From an archaeon (lineage in GTDB: Archaea > Iainarchaeota > Iainarchaeia > Iainarchaeales > GCA-2688035), in NCBI GenBank assembly GCA_041645325.1, contig JBAZQI010000002.1, forward strand, positions 8,850-72,849: DNA of 64,000 nucleotides, written 5' to 3'. Each line of letters opens with the position of its first letter. Position 1 is the stretch's first letter. The notes beneath the pieces were generated by a model that saw nothing but the letters and a program-made list of their open reading frames with translations, had not been told where the DNA came from and ran no database searches. Shown here in pieces: positions 7,633 to 16,965 of the stretch. Made by a program: the position numbers and the translations under genes.

Positions 7633-10632
7633 ATGCAAAAAAAATCAATTGCCCTGCTTCTTGCCATTGCCCTTCTCCTTGCCTTAAGCGGCTGCATTGA
7701 CTCGCTTTCGGCAGAGCAGAGGCAGCTTTGCCTGAGCCTCACCGAAAAAAGCTATGCCTTTGTGCCGGAATGCAAGGACGAAAAGCAATGCTTTGGCCTG
7801 CTTGAAAAAAACCTTTTTGATTTTGACCAAAGCGTTTTCAGCGCCAAAATCCAAAGCAGGCTCTACAGCTACAAAAACAATACCGCGTCAAGCTGGCTTT
7901 ACTTCAACAGGGCAAGGCAAAGCATCTCAAACGTGCAAAGAATATGCCAAGGCAACAAAAGCCTTGCAGGCCTGGTGCAGGAGCTGAACGATTTGACCTT
8001 CAATCTGTCAAAGGCGTTTGAGTCTGCGGACAGCGCGAACAGGGAAAGCTTTGCAATCCTGCTGTTGGAACACGAGGATCTCGAAGCTGAAGACATAGCG
8101 CTTGCAAAAGAAGAGCCATTGTTCAATGATTTCGCACTGCTTTCTGAAAATCTGAACCAGGTTTCTTCGCCCTCAAAATGCGCAAGCATGGAAAGCTATG
8201 CCTGCTTTTACTCCTCGCAGGCCGAAAGCTTTGCCTCTCTCGTCGCCCAAACAGGCTTTGAAAAAAGCATTGTTTCCGAAACAAACATTTTTGGCTTGCT
8301 GCAGCCCAATTCCTCAAAAATCGCGGAATATGTCCAGGCAAACCTAAAAATTCCTTTCATTGAATCAGTGCTGCCATCATTTGTTTCATACCTTTCAACG
8401 CTGTTCACGGCAGGCAATGCAATGAATGCGCTTGAAAAAGTTCCGGCATTCCAATTCCTTCAAACCTACAGCAACTTCATGGGAACAGGCAACAGCTGCC
8501 TGTCAAAATTCTCAGGCCTGATGGAACAAAATGCATTGCACAGGAAACAGCTGATTGAGCGGAACTCACTACTTGAAAAAAAAGCAGTCACAGGCATTGA
8601 GGCTGCCAGGCAGAAAACAAGCCTTCTTTTGTCGGAAAAATATAGCGGCTTTGACCAGGCTTTTTTCCAAAAGCTTTACTCAGGCCTGGGGCAGGAAAGC
8701 ACGGTTTCGGCGCAAAAATACAGCATGCGCGATTTCGGGGAACTGAGCGCGCAGGCAGAAACAGAGCTTTCAGGGCTTGAGCAAAGACTGGCCGAACTGC
8801 AAAACAGGGACGCGCTTCACCTTCTAAGCCTTGGCGAAAAAACAGCCTTGCTGAAGCAGCTTAACCTGGAAATAACGGCACTGCAGCAAAACACGGATTA
8901 CCTTGGCGAGGAAATAATAGGCGGCCTGATTTTGATTTGCGGCGAAAGGCATTCTTTCATGGAAAAACAGCTTGAATCAGCGCAACTGCCAGGCGAATAC
9001 TATTCAAAAGCATCAGACCTGAAGGCAAGGGCAGAATTCAAGCTAGGCCTTTTTTCCAAGGCAGAAACAAGCGAAGAAAAGCTGTTGCAATGCAGCGAAA
9101 TGGTTGAAGAATTCTCAAAATTTTCCCTCGCGCTTGAAGACTTTGAAGCATACGAGATTTACGAAGAAACCTCTTTGGAGCAATGCTTTTCATTCCTTGA
9201 AACAGCATTCAAAAATGGCGAATCAAGCGGAATTTCCTTTGACGATTTTCTGCTGCGCTACCACACGCTCACAGGCATTGAAAAGCCCTACTCTGACATC
9301 AGCGCCGTGAAAAGAATATGCGTTTCACTGGAAGCAGACATGAAGGCATTCATCAGGCAGCAGGCAATCATCCCAAGCATAGAAGAAATCTTTTCCGAGT
9401 CATCAAAAATGCTGTCCGCGCTTGAAATTGCGGAAAGCAAAGGCCTTCTCACAACCCAAAAAATGAAAACCCTGAAATCCCAAAAAGCATACTTTGACGG
9501 CTTTTTCCAGGAAGGCAAACTAAACCTTGAAAAAGCCCTTCCCCTCCTGCCTGACCTTGGCAAAAGCCTGGCAGAATACGTTTCCATGCTCAAAGAAACC
9601 CTTGAACAGGCAATAATCCCCTTCATTGAGCAAAACGCCTCAATTTCACAGCTTCAAGGCCAAAACTCTGAGGAAATCACCGAAATAACCATTGACAATC
9701 CTTTTCACCCGATAACAGGACCCCTCACCCTTTACATTCCATTCGACGGAAACCTTGGCGCAAAAACAGCCTCAAGCCCAAACATCCTTTCATTCGCAGG
9801 TGACGGCAAAACCATTTCCATCGACCTAAACGGCATGCCTCAAGGAAAAACAGTATTGCGCCTCTCCAACGGCACAACCGCGGAAGAAACCAAGCCAATT
9901 GAACAGCCGCCGGAAATCCAGCAGATTCAGGAACAGCCAGCCCAAGAAAACACCGGTTCGGAAAAAGTTTCCGGAATATCAAAAAGCATTTCCCTGCTTG
10001 AAGCAGAGATTTCCACAGCAGAGGGAACCCTTTCATTCCTCGAAGGCATTTTCTCAAAGGTTTCGGACGAAGAAATAATTTCCGCAAAATACATCCTGCC
10101 AATAAGCAGGGCTGAAATTGACAAGCTCAGGCTGAACCTCAATTCCCTAAAATCATTCCTTGAAAAAAAACAGTTGCAGGACTTCAAGGAACTTGCGGAA
10201 AAAGGCGACATCGCTGCAGCGCTGAAAAAATCCGAAGGCTTTTCTGCACAGCTTGAAGAAAACGCAGTTGGGGCAAAAAATATTTCCTCAAGGCTGAACA
10301 CAGCCCTGAACGCAATAAAGGAAGACGCCGTTGCCTCATTCAATTCAGCGGCGGAGCAATTCAACCAAAATCCAAACGGCTCGGAAGCAAAGGAAAAACT
10401 GGAAAAAGCAGAAAAATTCCTTTTGGACGGAAGCTACATTGAATCAATAACCGCATCAAAAAACGCAACAGCCCTGATGGCACTGCCTTCGGTGCAAAAC
10501 AGCCTGAATCCGGCAATCCTAGCCATTCCCATCGTAGCTTGCGCAGGCCTCGTGCTCTTTGTCAGATTCAAAAAGGAAAAAAACGCAAAGCAAAAACAAG
10601 AGCTTGTGCAAAGAATAGAAAGCAACTGGTAG
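7633..10632 (+). CDS. Large secreted lipoprotein-like coiled-coil surface protein with C-terminal TM anchor
   Basis: Signal peptide with lipobox-like LALSGC and about 950 aa of low-complexity, coiled-coil-rich sequence. C-terminal hydrophobic helix ILAIPIVACAGLVLFV followed by RFKKEKNAKQK. Confidence 0.6.
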   Translation: MQKKSIALLLAIALLLALSGCIDSLSAEQRQLCLSLTEKSYAFVPECKDEKQCFGLLEKNLFDFDQSVFSAKIQSRLYSYKNNTASSWLYFNRARQSISNVQRICQGNKSLAGLVQELNDLTFNLSKAFESADSANRESFAILLLEHEDLEAEDIALAKEEPLFNDFALLSENLNQVSSPSKCASMESYACFYSSQAESFASLVAQTGFEKSIVSETNIFGLLQPNSSKIAEYVQANLKIPFIESVLPSFVSYLSTLFTAGNAMNALEKVPAFQFLQTYSNFMGTGNSCLSKFSGLMEQNALHRKQLIERNSLLEKKAVTGIEAARQKTSLLLSEKYSGFDQAFFQKLYSGLGQESTVSAQKYSMRDFGELSAQAETELSGLEQRLAELQNRDALHLLSLGEKTALLKQLNLEITALQQNTDYLGEEIIGGLILICGERHSFMEKQLESAQLPGEYYSKASDLKARAEFKLGLFSKAETSEEKLLQCSEMVEEFSKFSLALEDFEAYEIYEETSLEQCFSFLETAFKNGESSGISFDDFLLRYHTLTGIEKPYSDISAVKRICVSLEADMKAFIRQQAIIPSIEEIFSESSKMLSALEIAESKGLLTTQKMKTLKSQKAYFDGFFQEGKLNLEKALPLLPDLGKSLAEYVSMLKETLEQAIIPFIEQNASISQLQGQNSEEITEITIDNPFHPITGPLTLYIPFDGNLGAKTASSPNILSFAGDGKTISIDLNGMPQGKTVLRLSNGTTAEETKPIEQPPEIQQIQEQPAQENTGSEKVSGISKSISLLEAEISTAEGTLSFLEGIFSKVSDEEIISAKYILPISRAEIDKLRLNLNSLKSFLEKKQLQDFKELAEKGDIAAALKKSEGFSAQLEENAVGAKNISSRLNTALNAIKEDAVASFNSAAEQFNQNPNGSEAKEKLEKAEKFLLDGSYIESITASKNATALMALPSVQNSLNPAILAIPIVACAGLVLFVRFKKEKNAKQKQELVQRIESNW

Positions 10633-10860
10633 CAAGCCTTTCTTTCTAAAGAAAGAAAGCCTTGGGAAAGAAAGAGGTTTTTTTGTTGTTGCAAAACCTT
10701 AGAGATGCTTTGGCATCTCTTACGGTTTCTGAACCTTATAGGTTCAGAAAAAACCTTGGGAAAGAAAGTTTCCCTGTTTTCGCCAGTCCCAAGCAAAGCA
10801 TGGCTTTGCGGGCCTCGTACCCTGCAGGGCACTCGGTTTTGGAAAAAGGCTTTTTCCGCC
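10633..10860. repeat. Intergenic repeat cluster: 2 copies of the AAAGCCTTGGGAAAGAAAG motif, a 76-bp double-hairpin module, and palindrome CCTCGTACCCTGCAGGGCACTCGG
   Basis: Motif copies at about 10655-10674 and 10748-10768. The 10693-10768 module (AGAGATGCTTTGGCATCTCT and TCTGAACCTTATAGGTTCAGA hairpins) is nearly identical to 23617-23690. The 10813-10836 palindrome recurs at 62995-63018. Lies between convergent 3' ends. Confidence 0.8.
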
Positions 10861-10863
10861 TGC

Positions 10864-12087
10864 TTACCCTGTTTTCATTATGTAAACATAAACCGCTATG
10901 GCAACAAGCACAAGTGCAATGCCGACATAAATCAACGGGTTTATTTCCGGCTGGCTGAACTCAACAAAGCTGTCCTGGCACTGGCTCTCCGAAATGTTTA
11001 CGTCCGTGTATGTTATTGTGCAGCTTATCGGGAACTTTCCGGCTTCGCCGCTGTTTACCGAAAAGTTCACGTACTTTGTTTCCTTTGGCTGTATTGACCC
11101 AATGCCGGCTTCGCCGCCTGTTGTTTCAGTTGCGGAATTTATCCTGATGCCTAAATCATACAATGGATCAAGGCCTATGTTTTTCACGGCGAGCGTCAAT
11201 TCAATGGGCTGGCCCACAAAAGCGTTTTCCTCTTTCTTAACAATAAACGCCTCTATTTTCCTCTCAGGCTGCCTCACATCCAAGGAAACAAGGTTGCTGA
11301 ATTTTGCCTCCTGTTCCTCGAATTCGTTTTCATAGTAAACTATTGCAGGCGGCAAAGTCATGTGCACCGGAACACGGGGCTTGACAACATAGCTTATTTC
11401 AACTGTTTCGCCTGGCTTCACCAAGCCTGTGAAATATGTATCCCCTTCAACAACAGAAAAGGCATTCTTGTCCTCTGCAAGAGGCCTTGCAAATTCAACC
11501 CTTGCATTGGTCACAGCGCTACCCTCATTATGTAGAAGTATTGTTATTGTTGTTTTTTCGCCTATCACAAGCCCGGTTTTTTCGGCATCCATCCTGAAAG
11601 CATTTTCCCCTGAAAAATCGGCAGTCTTGTAAAGCCCGACACCAGAACCGCTTTTGAGCTTAATGCTTGTTATAGTGTTGCCTGTCCCAAGGCAAACCTT
11701 GATTCTGTTTTCCTCTTCCCTCAATGCATTTTTAGGCAGGAAAAGCCTCTCCCAGCAAACCCCTTCTTTGCACTTGAAATCCCCCGCAGAGGCATAATTC
11801 TCGGCAATAACCTTGCCGTTTAAAAAGGCATTAACGTCTATCTTTCCTTCCTGCACAGGCCCAAATTCAAGGCCTATTGACGCAATCGGGTAGATTTCCC
11901 TGTTTTCAATTGCAATATCGGCAGGGTAAATGAATTCAGCCTCAAAGCAGCCTGTATGCCCAGCAGGGCCGTCAACCAAAAAGTCCTCATAACCCATTTC
12001 CCCAAAGCTTCTCTCATAAACGGCTTCGCCAAAAGCCGTTGGCAGAACCAGAAGCGCAACCAATGCGGCAAAAAAACACTTATTCAT
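10864..12087 (-). CDS. Secreted surface protein with CARDB-like beta-domains and C-terminal TM anchor
   Basis: Signal peptide MNKCFFAALVALLVLPTAFGEA. Repeated ~100-aa segments with G..V.I...V.N.G patterns (LAVKNIGLDPLYDL, ITILLHNEGSAVTNARVEF). C-terminal PLIYVGIALVLVAIAVYVYIMKTG. Confidence 0.55.
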   Translation of the reverse strand: MNKCFFAALVALLVLPTAFGEAVYERSFGEMGYEDFLVDGPAGHTGCFEAEFIYPADIAIENREIYPIASIGLEFGPVQEGKIDVNAFLNGKVIAENYASAGDFKCKEGVCWERLFLPKNALREEENRIKVCLGTGNTITSIKLKSGSGVGLYKTADFSGENAFRMDAEKTGLVIGEKTTITILLHNEGSAVTNARVEFARPLAEDKNAFSVVEGDTYFTGLVKPGETVEISYVVKPRVPVHMTLPPAIVYYENEFEEQEAKFSNLVSLDVRQPERKIEAFIVKKEENAFVGQPIELTLAVKNIGLDPLYDLGIRINSATETTGGEAGIGSIQPKETKYVNFSVNSGEAGKFPISCTITYTDVNISESQCQDSFVEFSQPEINPLIYVGIALVLVAIAVYVYIMKTG

Positions 12088-12578
12088 AACACAGCCCCCT
12101 TTTCTTTTAACCCCTGTACTATTCTATCCAATGTTTCTTTTATACTTTTCCCGCCCTGCACTTCAACAATCTTTTCTCCGGGATAGTTCCCGAGCAAGTG
12201 CTTTTTGCAGTAATCACTGCCCTCGCAGAAAACATTGTCCTGCACCTTTTCCTCGCTGTAATTCCTTGCCTGCAGCCTTGCCTCCAAAACAGCAGGGTCA
12301 ACCCTGATAAGCACAACGAAATCTGCTTTTGTCTTGAGCTCGCACAAAAGATGGCCCTCAATTACCACGCTTTTTTCCCTTGAAAAAAGCCAGTCAAGGG
12401 CCTTTGCAAAGGACTGCAATGGAATCACAAGCTCGTTCTCATCAGGGTCAAATTTTCCTATTTTTTGCTCCAGGGCAAACTGCTTTTCATTGAGAACAGC
12501 GCAGCCAAGTTTCTTGCCAAGCGCCCTTGCCACGCTTGTTTTTCCAACGCCAGGGCTCCCTGTAATTATGATGTGCAT
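12084..12578 (-). CDS. Putative adenylate kinase, AK6/Fap7 family (archaeal nucleotide kinase)
   Basis: MHIIITGSPGVGKTS P-loop at the extreme N-terminus and a length of about 165 aa, typical of Fap7/AK6-type kinases. Confidence 0.75.
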   Translation of the reverse strand: MHIIITGSPGVGKTSVARALGKKLGCAVLNEKQFALEQKIGKFDPDENELVIPLQSFAKALDWLFSREKSVVIEGHLLCELKTKADFVVLIRVDPAVLEARLQARNYSEEKVQDNVFCEGSDYCKKHLLGNYPGEKIVEVQGGKSIKETLDRIVQGLKEKGAVL

Positions 12579-12709
12579 TCAAAGAGAATTTGCCTGGAAA
12601 AGGAATTTAAACCAGGTTGAAACCCAAAAACAGGTTCTCATCATCATGCACGATGATGTAATAGCAAAAAAACCGCAATCTTCCCAACCAAAAATAGGGG
12701 TGAAGGGCA

Positions 12710-12847
12710 TTACCGCCTGCAGCGCTTAGCGAAAGCAGTTTCGCTGTCAGACCTGGTAATGCCCCCTTTGCTTAGAGTCTTGCCTAGCTCAGATGCCTTT
12801 TCAGAACTAAGTTCAGCCACTTCAAAATGGCCTTCGTTTGTTCCCAT
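12710..12847 (-). other. Possible 45-codon small ORF whose 3' end and stop are embedded in a 10-bp perfect inverted repeat (GGGCATTACC...GGTAATGCCC)
   Basis: Reverse strand reads MGTNEGHFEVAELSSEKASELGKTLSKGGITRSDSETAFAKRCRR. There is a TTTATAGGGGG TATA-like element about 50 nt upstream. The stem-loop (12705-12766) could equally be a terminator or RNA element for the upstream FttA gene. Confidence 0.15.
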
Positions 12848-13215
12848 ATATGATCCCTTCGCAAAGCACAACTATTATGCGCAACCCCCTATAAATACTT
12901 TTCGGTAAACAAGCTCAAATTGGGCTTTTTTTTAAGTATCTTGAAAAAATTGGCTTTTGTTTCAAAAAAGAAGCCTGTATAAGGCTTATTTTTTATGTAT
13001 ACTTGCCTTTTTTTGAAATTTTTTTTTTAAAAAATTTTTGGCCAAAAATGGCGTTATGTAGAAAAGGCTTTAAAGGAAAGAATCTGTTTCTTTAGTAGAG
13101 AATGCGTACTTGCTTGTGGCCTATAAAGTTTATACATTGCCACTTTTTTTTGATGAAACTTTTTCCAAAAGTTTCTTGTGCTTAGTTTTAGCGTGTTGCC
13201 TGCAGAATAAGCCCT

Positions 13216-15108
13216 TTATTTTAGCCTTATGGCTTCAAGGTTGTTTGGCGAGATTGCATTGAGCTTGAACCTTGCGCTTATTGCCCTTGCGAATTCCATG
13301 GCCCTTGTCCTTTCGCCGTGGTTTATCAGGGCCTTTTTTGGCTTCGGCTTCAGGTTGCGCACATATGCAAGCAACTGGTCCCTGTCACTGTGCCCTGAAA
13401 AGCCTTCCACTGTTTCAATCCTCATGTTGACATTAAGTGCCCTTGTCCTGCCGTGCTCGTCAGTTTTTGGCAGCATTTTCAGGCCTCCCTGTATTTTTCT
13501 TCCAAGGCTTCCTTCTCCCTGGTAACCCACAAAGATGAGGCAATTTTTTTCGTCTTCCGCCATCTTGTAGAAGTAATCAAGGCTTGCGCCGCCTGTGAGC
13601 ATTCCGCTGCTTGCAATTATTATCGCGCCTTTTTCCTGAAGCACCTCTTCGCGCTTTTTGCCGTTCATTGACTCGAATACGTCCGCAGTGAACGGGCTGT
13701 CGTTCTGCAGTATGCGCCTTTGCACGCCTTTCCTCATATATTCCGGGTAAGCAGTGTGGATTGCGCTTGCCTCGTTTGTCATTCCGTCAACGTAGCATTT
13801 TGCGTCAAGCAGGCCGTTCCTGTAAAAATTTTCCAGCACAAGCATTATTTCCTGGCCCCTTCCGACCGCAAAAACAGGTATCAGGGTGTTTCCGTCCCTT
13901 TCAATTGTTTCCTTGACAACGCGCAAAAGCCTGTCCTCGGCATCCTGCCTGTCCGGCTGTATTGAATCATTGCCGCCGTAAGTGCTTTCAATTATGAGGC
14001 TTTCAAGCCTTGGGTAATGCATGTCAACATTGTTGAACAATCTTGTAAAGCCGTATTTTATGTCGCCGGTGTACACAAGATTGTGTGCGCCCTCGCCTAT
14101 GTGCATGTGCACAGAAGCCGAGCCCAGAATGTGCGCCGCATTGTGCAGGGTAAGCCTCATGTCAGGCGCAATGTCAGTTACCTCGCGGTATTCCCTTGGA
14201 ATGCAGTACTTGAGCATTGTCTTGACATCTGTTTCATTGTAAGGCGCTTCCTTGCCCTCTTTTGTCAAAACATCAATGTAATCGAATTGCAGCAATGTCA
14301 TCAAATCCCTGGTGGGCGGCGTGCAGTACACAGGCCCCTGATAGCCGCTTTTGAACAGGAATGGTATGAAGCCTGAGTGGTCCAAATGCGCGTGCGTTAC
14401 GACAACGGCGTCAATTTCACTCAATGGCAAATGCAATATATTAAGGTATGGGAATGCGTCGCCGTTTCCCGCAACATCTATGCCGCAGTCAAGCAATACC
14501 TTTGTGTGCGGCGTTTCAAGAAAAATGCAGCTCCTGCCGACCTGTTTGAAGCCGCCAAGCGCAACCACCCTGCACCAGTCCCTTGGGCTCTGGTCTATGT
14601 CTGCATAAATCTTTTCCGCGGTTTCCTTGAGGATTTTTTTCCTTTCGGCGCTGTTCTTGTGCAGCTGGTTTCTTATGCCCTTGAGTATATCAGAGGGCTG
14701 TGTCGGTGCCCTGATTATATTAGGCGTCCAGCCTGTTTCAAGTATTATGCGCTTGCTTGTTTCTCCGCCTTTTCCTATAACAAGCCCAGGCTTTATTGAC
14801 TCAATGGTTATTTCCGAAAAAGCAGGGTCAAAGTAAATGTCCTTTATGTCCGCGCCCTCCGGAACTATCTGCTTCACTTTTTCCGTTGCCTCTTTTTCAT
14901 CCATCAGGAGGCTTTTGTCGGTTCTGATGTTTACCCTTTTCTTCAGTTCAAAGGCAGTTTTTGCCACAAAGTTTTCGTTTTCGAAAAATGCGCCAGGGTT
15001 TTTGGTGTAAATGGCAACCTCTGGCCCTTCCATTTCAATCTTTGTGACTTGGCACTTTTCAGGCAAAATGCTCTGAATAGTTTCCTTTATCCGGTCTATA
15101 GTACTCAT
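13216..15108 (-). CDS. fttA: aCPSF1/FttA: KH-domain beta-CASP metallo-beta-lactamase RNase (archaeal transcription termination factor)
   Basis: Two N-terminal KH motifs (IGKGGETSKRI), MBL motif VVVTHAHLDHSG, and a beta-CASP C-terminal region ending GHSDRDQLLAYV. 630 aa, as for CPSF73 homologues. Confidence 0.9.
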   Translation of the reverse strand: MSTIDRIKETIQSILPEKCQVTKIEMEGPEVAIYTKNPGAFFENENFVAKTAFELKKRVNIRTDKSLLMDEKEATEKVKQIVPEGADIKDIYFDPAFSEITIESIKPGLVIGKGGETSKRIILETGWTPNIIRAPTQPSDILKGIRNQLHKNSAERKKILKETAEKIYADIDQSPRDWCRVVALGGFKQVGRSCIFLETPHTKVLLDCGIDVAGNGDAFPYLNILHLPLSEIDAVVVTHAHLDHSGFIPFLFKSGYQGPVYCTPPTRDLMTLLQFDYIDVLTKEGKEAPYNETDVKTMLKYCIPREYREVTDIAPDMRLTLHNAAHILGSASVHMHIGEGAHNLVYTGDIKYGFTRLFNNVDMHYPRLESLIIESTYGGNDSIQPDRQDAEDRLLRVVKETIERDGNTLIPVFAVGRGQEIMLVLENFYRNGLLDAKCYVDGMTNEASAIHTAYPEYMRKGVQRRILQNDSPFTADVFESMNGKKREEVLQEKGAIIIASSGMLTGGASLDYFYKMAEDEKNCLIFVGYQGEGSLGRKIQGGLKMLPKTDEHGRTRALNVNMRIETVEGFSGHSDRDQLLAYVRNLKPKPKKALINHGERTRAMEFARAISARFKLNAISPNNLEAIRLK

Positions 15109-15201
15109 CTAAGAATTCCTCTCGCGCCCCTGGTTCTTTTTCTGAAAAAAAACCAAAGGCAAAATTGTTCTCTTTATTTTGCAAAAATCCCTTTTCGGGA
15201 G

Positions 15202-15843
15202 TTAAGCGTTTTTTGGCATGTACTTTTGGACCTCTGTTTCGGAGAGCTCCCTTATGCCTTTCTTGCTTATTACCATGACTGAAACGCTTTTTCCGCCGCT
15301 GTAGATGTCACGCTTTCTTCCGGCGTTAACAGCCTTTATTGCCAGCGCTACTCCCTCTTCTTCAGTCATTCCTTTTTTGTAATTCTGGTCCAAGGTTGTC
15401 ATTGCCGGCTCGGTTCCGGAACCTGAAACAGCAAACTTATCCCTTTTGAGTACGCCGCCGTAGGGCGTCAGCTCAAAAATTTCCGGGCCGTTGTTTATTC
15501 CGCCCAAAACAAACTGGGCTGCAAAAGGATAATACCTGTTGGCGTTCAAAACGCTTGAAAGGTATGTAACAATCGCATTCGGCGTAATCTTCGTGTCCCT
15601 TTCTATTTCATAAAGCCTTGCATGGCTCTTCAAAAACCTCACAAGCGTCAAACTGTCCCCGACAGCGCCGGCATTTGTCACGGCAATTGTTTCAGTAATC
15701 TTGTAAATCTTCTGGCTTTCCTCATCATATGCAATATGGCCCATGCTTGCCCTCATGTCCGCTGCCAAAACCACGGAATCCGTGGTAATCAATCCGACAG
15801 TAGTAGTCCCTGTCTTGAAATCTTTTATATCAGAATTTTCCAT
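15202..15843 (-). CDS. psmB: Proteasome subunit beta
   Basis: Propeptide MENSDIKDFKTG followed by the catalytic TTTVGL. Family motifs include GSG.......L. Confidence 0.9.
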   Translation of the reverse strand: MENSDIKDFKTGTTTVGLITTDSVVLAADMRASMGHIAYDEESQKIYKITETIAVTNAGAVGDSLTLVRFLKSHARLYEIERDTKITPNAIVTYLSSVLNANRYYPFAAQFVLGGINNGPEIFELTPYGGVLKRDKFAVSGSGTEPAMTTLDQNYKKGMTEEEGVALAIKAVNAGRKRDIYSGGKSVSVMVISKKGIRELSETEVQKYMPKNA

Positions 15844-15929
15844 TCACTACCCACCAAAAAATCTAAGACAAACAGAACAGTTCTCTGAAAAACTTCTATA
15901 GGCAAATCTTTATAAAGCCTTTTCTTTTG

Positions 15930-16005
15930 CTACCGCAAAAGAAAAGCCTTGGGAAAAGAAAGCTTTTCGCTTCGCGAAAAGAGGCCTTAGGCAACTTTTT
16001 TCCAG
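15930..16005. repeat. Intergenic hairpin/repeat element containing AAAAGCCTTGGGAAAAGAAAG
   Basis: Motif copy at about 15942-15962, flanked by hairpins TGCTACCGCAAAAG and CTTTTCGCTTCGCGAAAAG. Lies between the FKBP 3' end and the psmB 5' end. Confidence 0.7.
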
Positions 16006-16007
16006 CC

Positions 16008-16805
16008 CTACTTTTTGCCCTTCCCGGGAGTTTTTGCGGTCCTTTTTACGCCGCTTCCTGCCGCTGACCTTCCGCCTTCCGCAGCCTTTTCGGCAGTCAC
16101 AGGCGCATTTTCAACCGGCTTTTTTTCTTCGGTGAATTCCTCTATAAAGCGCACTTTTCCAAAGCCCTTCACATGCTTTGTAACAATCATGCTGAACAAC
16201 TGCTTCAAAGGCTCAAGGTTTGCGCTCCACCTTGGGCTGAGCATTACCTCAACGCTTTCCTTTTCCATAGAAAGCTTTTTTTCCGCATCAGGAACCATGT
16301 AAAAATACTTTTTGTAAAGCGCCTCAACCTGCTCTTTTGGCTCTGAAATCTCTTTCACAACCTTCAATTCATATTCAAGGTCCCGCCCGGCAAGCGGGTG
16401 GTTAAAATCAATCCTTACCCTGCCGCCGCTCACGCTCTGCACTTTTCCTTCCCTTCCATTCACCTCAACCATTAGGCCCGGAAAAGGCTGCATTTTTTCC
16501 TTCTTGAACTGCTGCAATGGCACAACCGCAATATTGGCAGGCTTTCTCTCGCCCCACCCTTCCTCAGGCTTTACCAAAACCTTGCGTTCCTCTCCAACCT
16601 TCATTTCTTTAAGGGCCTTGTCCAAGCCAGGCAAAACATCGCCTTTGCCCACTATGACAATCATTGGCGCATACTTTTGCTTGGCATTAAAAATGCCTGC
16701 CTCAATTGCCTTTTTTTCAATGGTTGACTCGAAAAACTCGCCGGTCAAAATAGCCTTGCCGGTATAGTCTATTGCAACAATGCTTCCTTCCTTCAAAAAA
16801 ACCAC
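16008..16805 (-). CDS. FKBP-type peptidyl-prolyl cis-trans isomerase (long SlyD-like form with IF insert) with K-rich C-terminal tail
   Basis: VAIDYTGKAILTGEFFEST ... VNGREGKVQSVSGGRVRIDFNHPLAGRDLEYELKVV. The C-terminal 40 aa are A/K/G-rich. Confidence 0.8.
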   Translation of the reverse strand: MVFLKEGSIVAIDYTGKAILTGEFFESTIEKKAIEAGIFNAKQKYAPMIVIVGKGDVLPGLDKALKEMKVGEERKVLVKPEEGWGERKPANIAVVPLQQFKKEKMQPFPGLMVEVNGREGKVQSVSGGRVRIDFNHPLAGRDLEYELKVVKEISEPKEQVEALYKKYFYMVPDAEKKLSMEKESVEVMLSPRWSANLEPLKQLFSMIVTKHVKGFGKVRFIEEFTEEKKPVENAPVTAEKAAEGGRSAAGSGVKRTAKTPGKGKK

Positions 16806-16965
16806 CCTAAAAAAGGAGAGAAAAAGACTCCCTTCCAGTTATTCCATTACACATTTTCTGAAAGCAAAAATATTTAAAAGAAAGCTAAAGTCTTTTTCCA
16901 GCCAATTGATTGCTATTAAATGCAAAAGAAAAATCTTAAATACAAAGAAAACCTAATAGAGTAGA

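Noticed and set aside
7517-7648. N-terminal 44-aa extension of the AMMECR1 ORF
   Set aside because: It overlaps the start of the divergent lipoprotein gene, and AMMECR1 domains normally begin near the chosen internal Met.
12579-13215. Possible tRNA or other RNA gene in the long AT-rich intergenic region (and other intergenic regions scanned by eye)
   Set aside because: I found no clear cloverleaf (no GGTTCGAATCC-type T-loop with a matching acceptor stem) in this or any other intergenic region of the window. A proper tRNAscan/Infernal run is needed to be sure.
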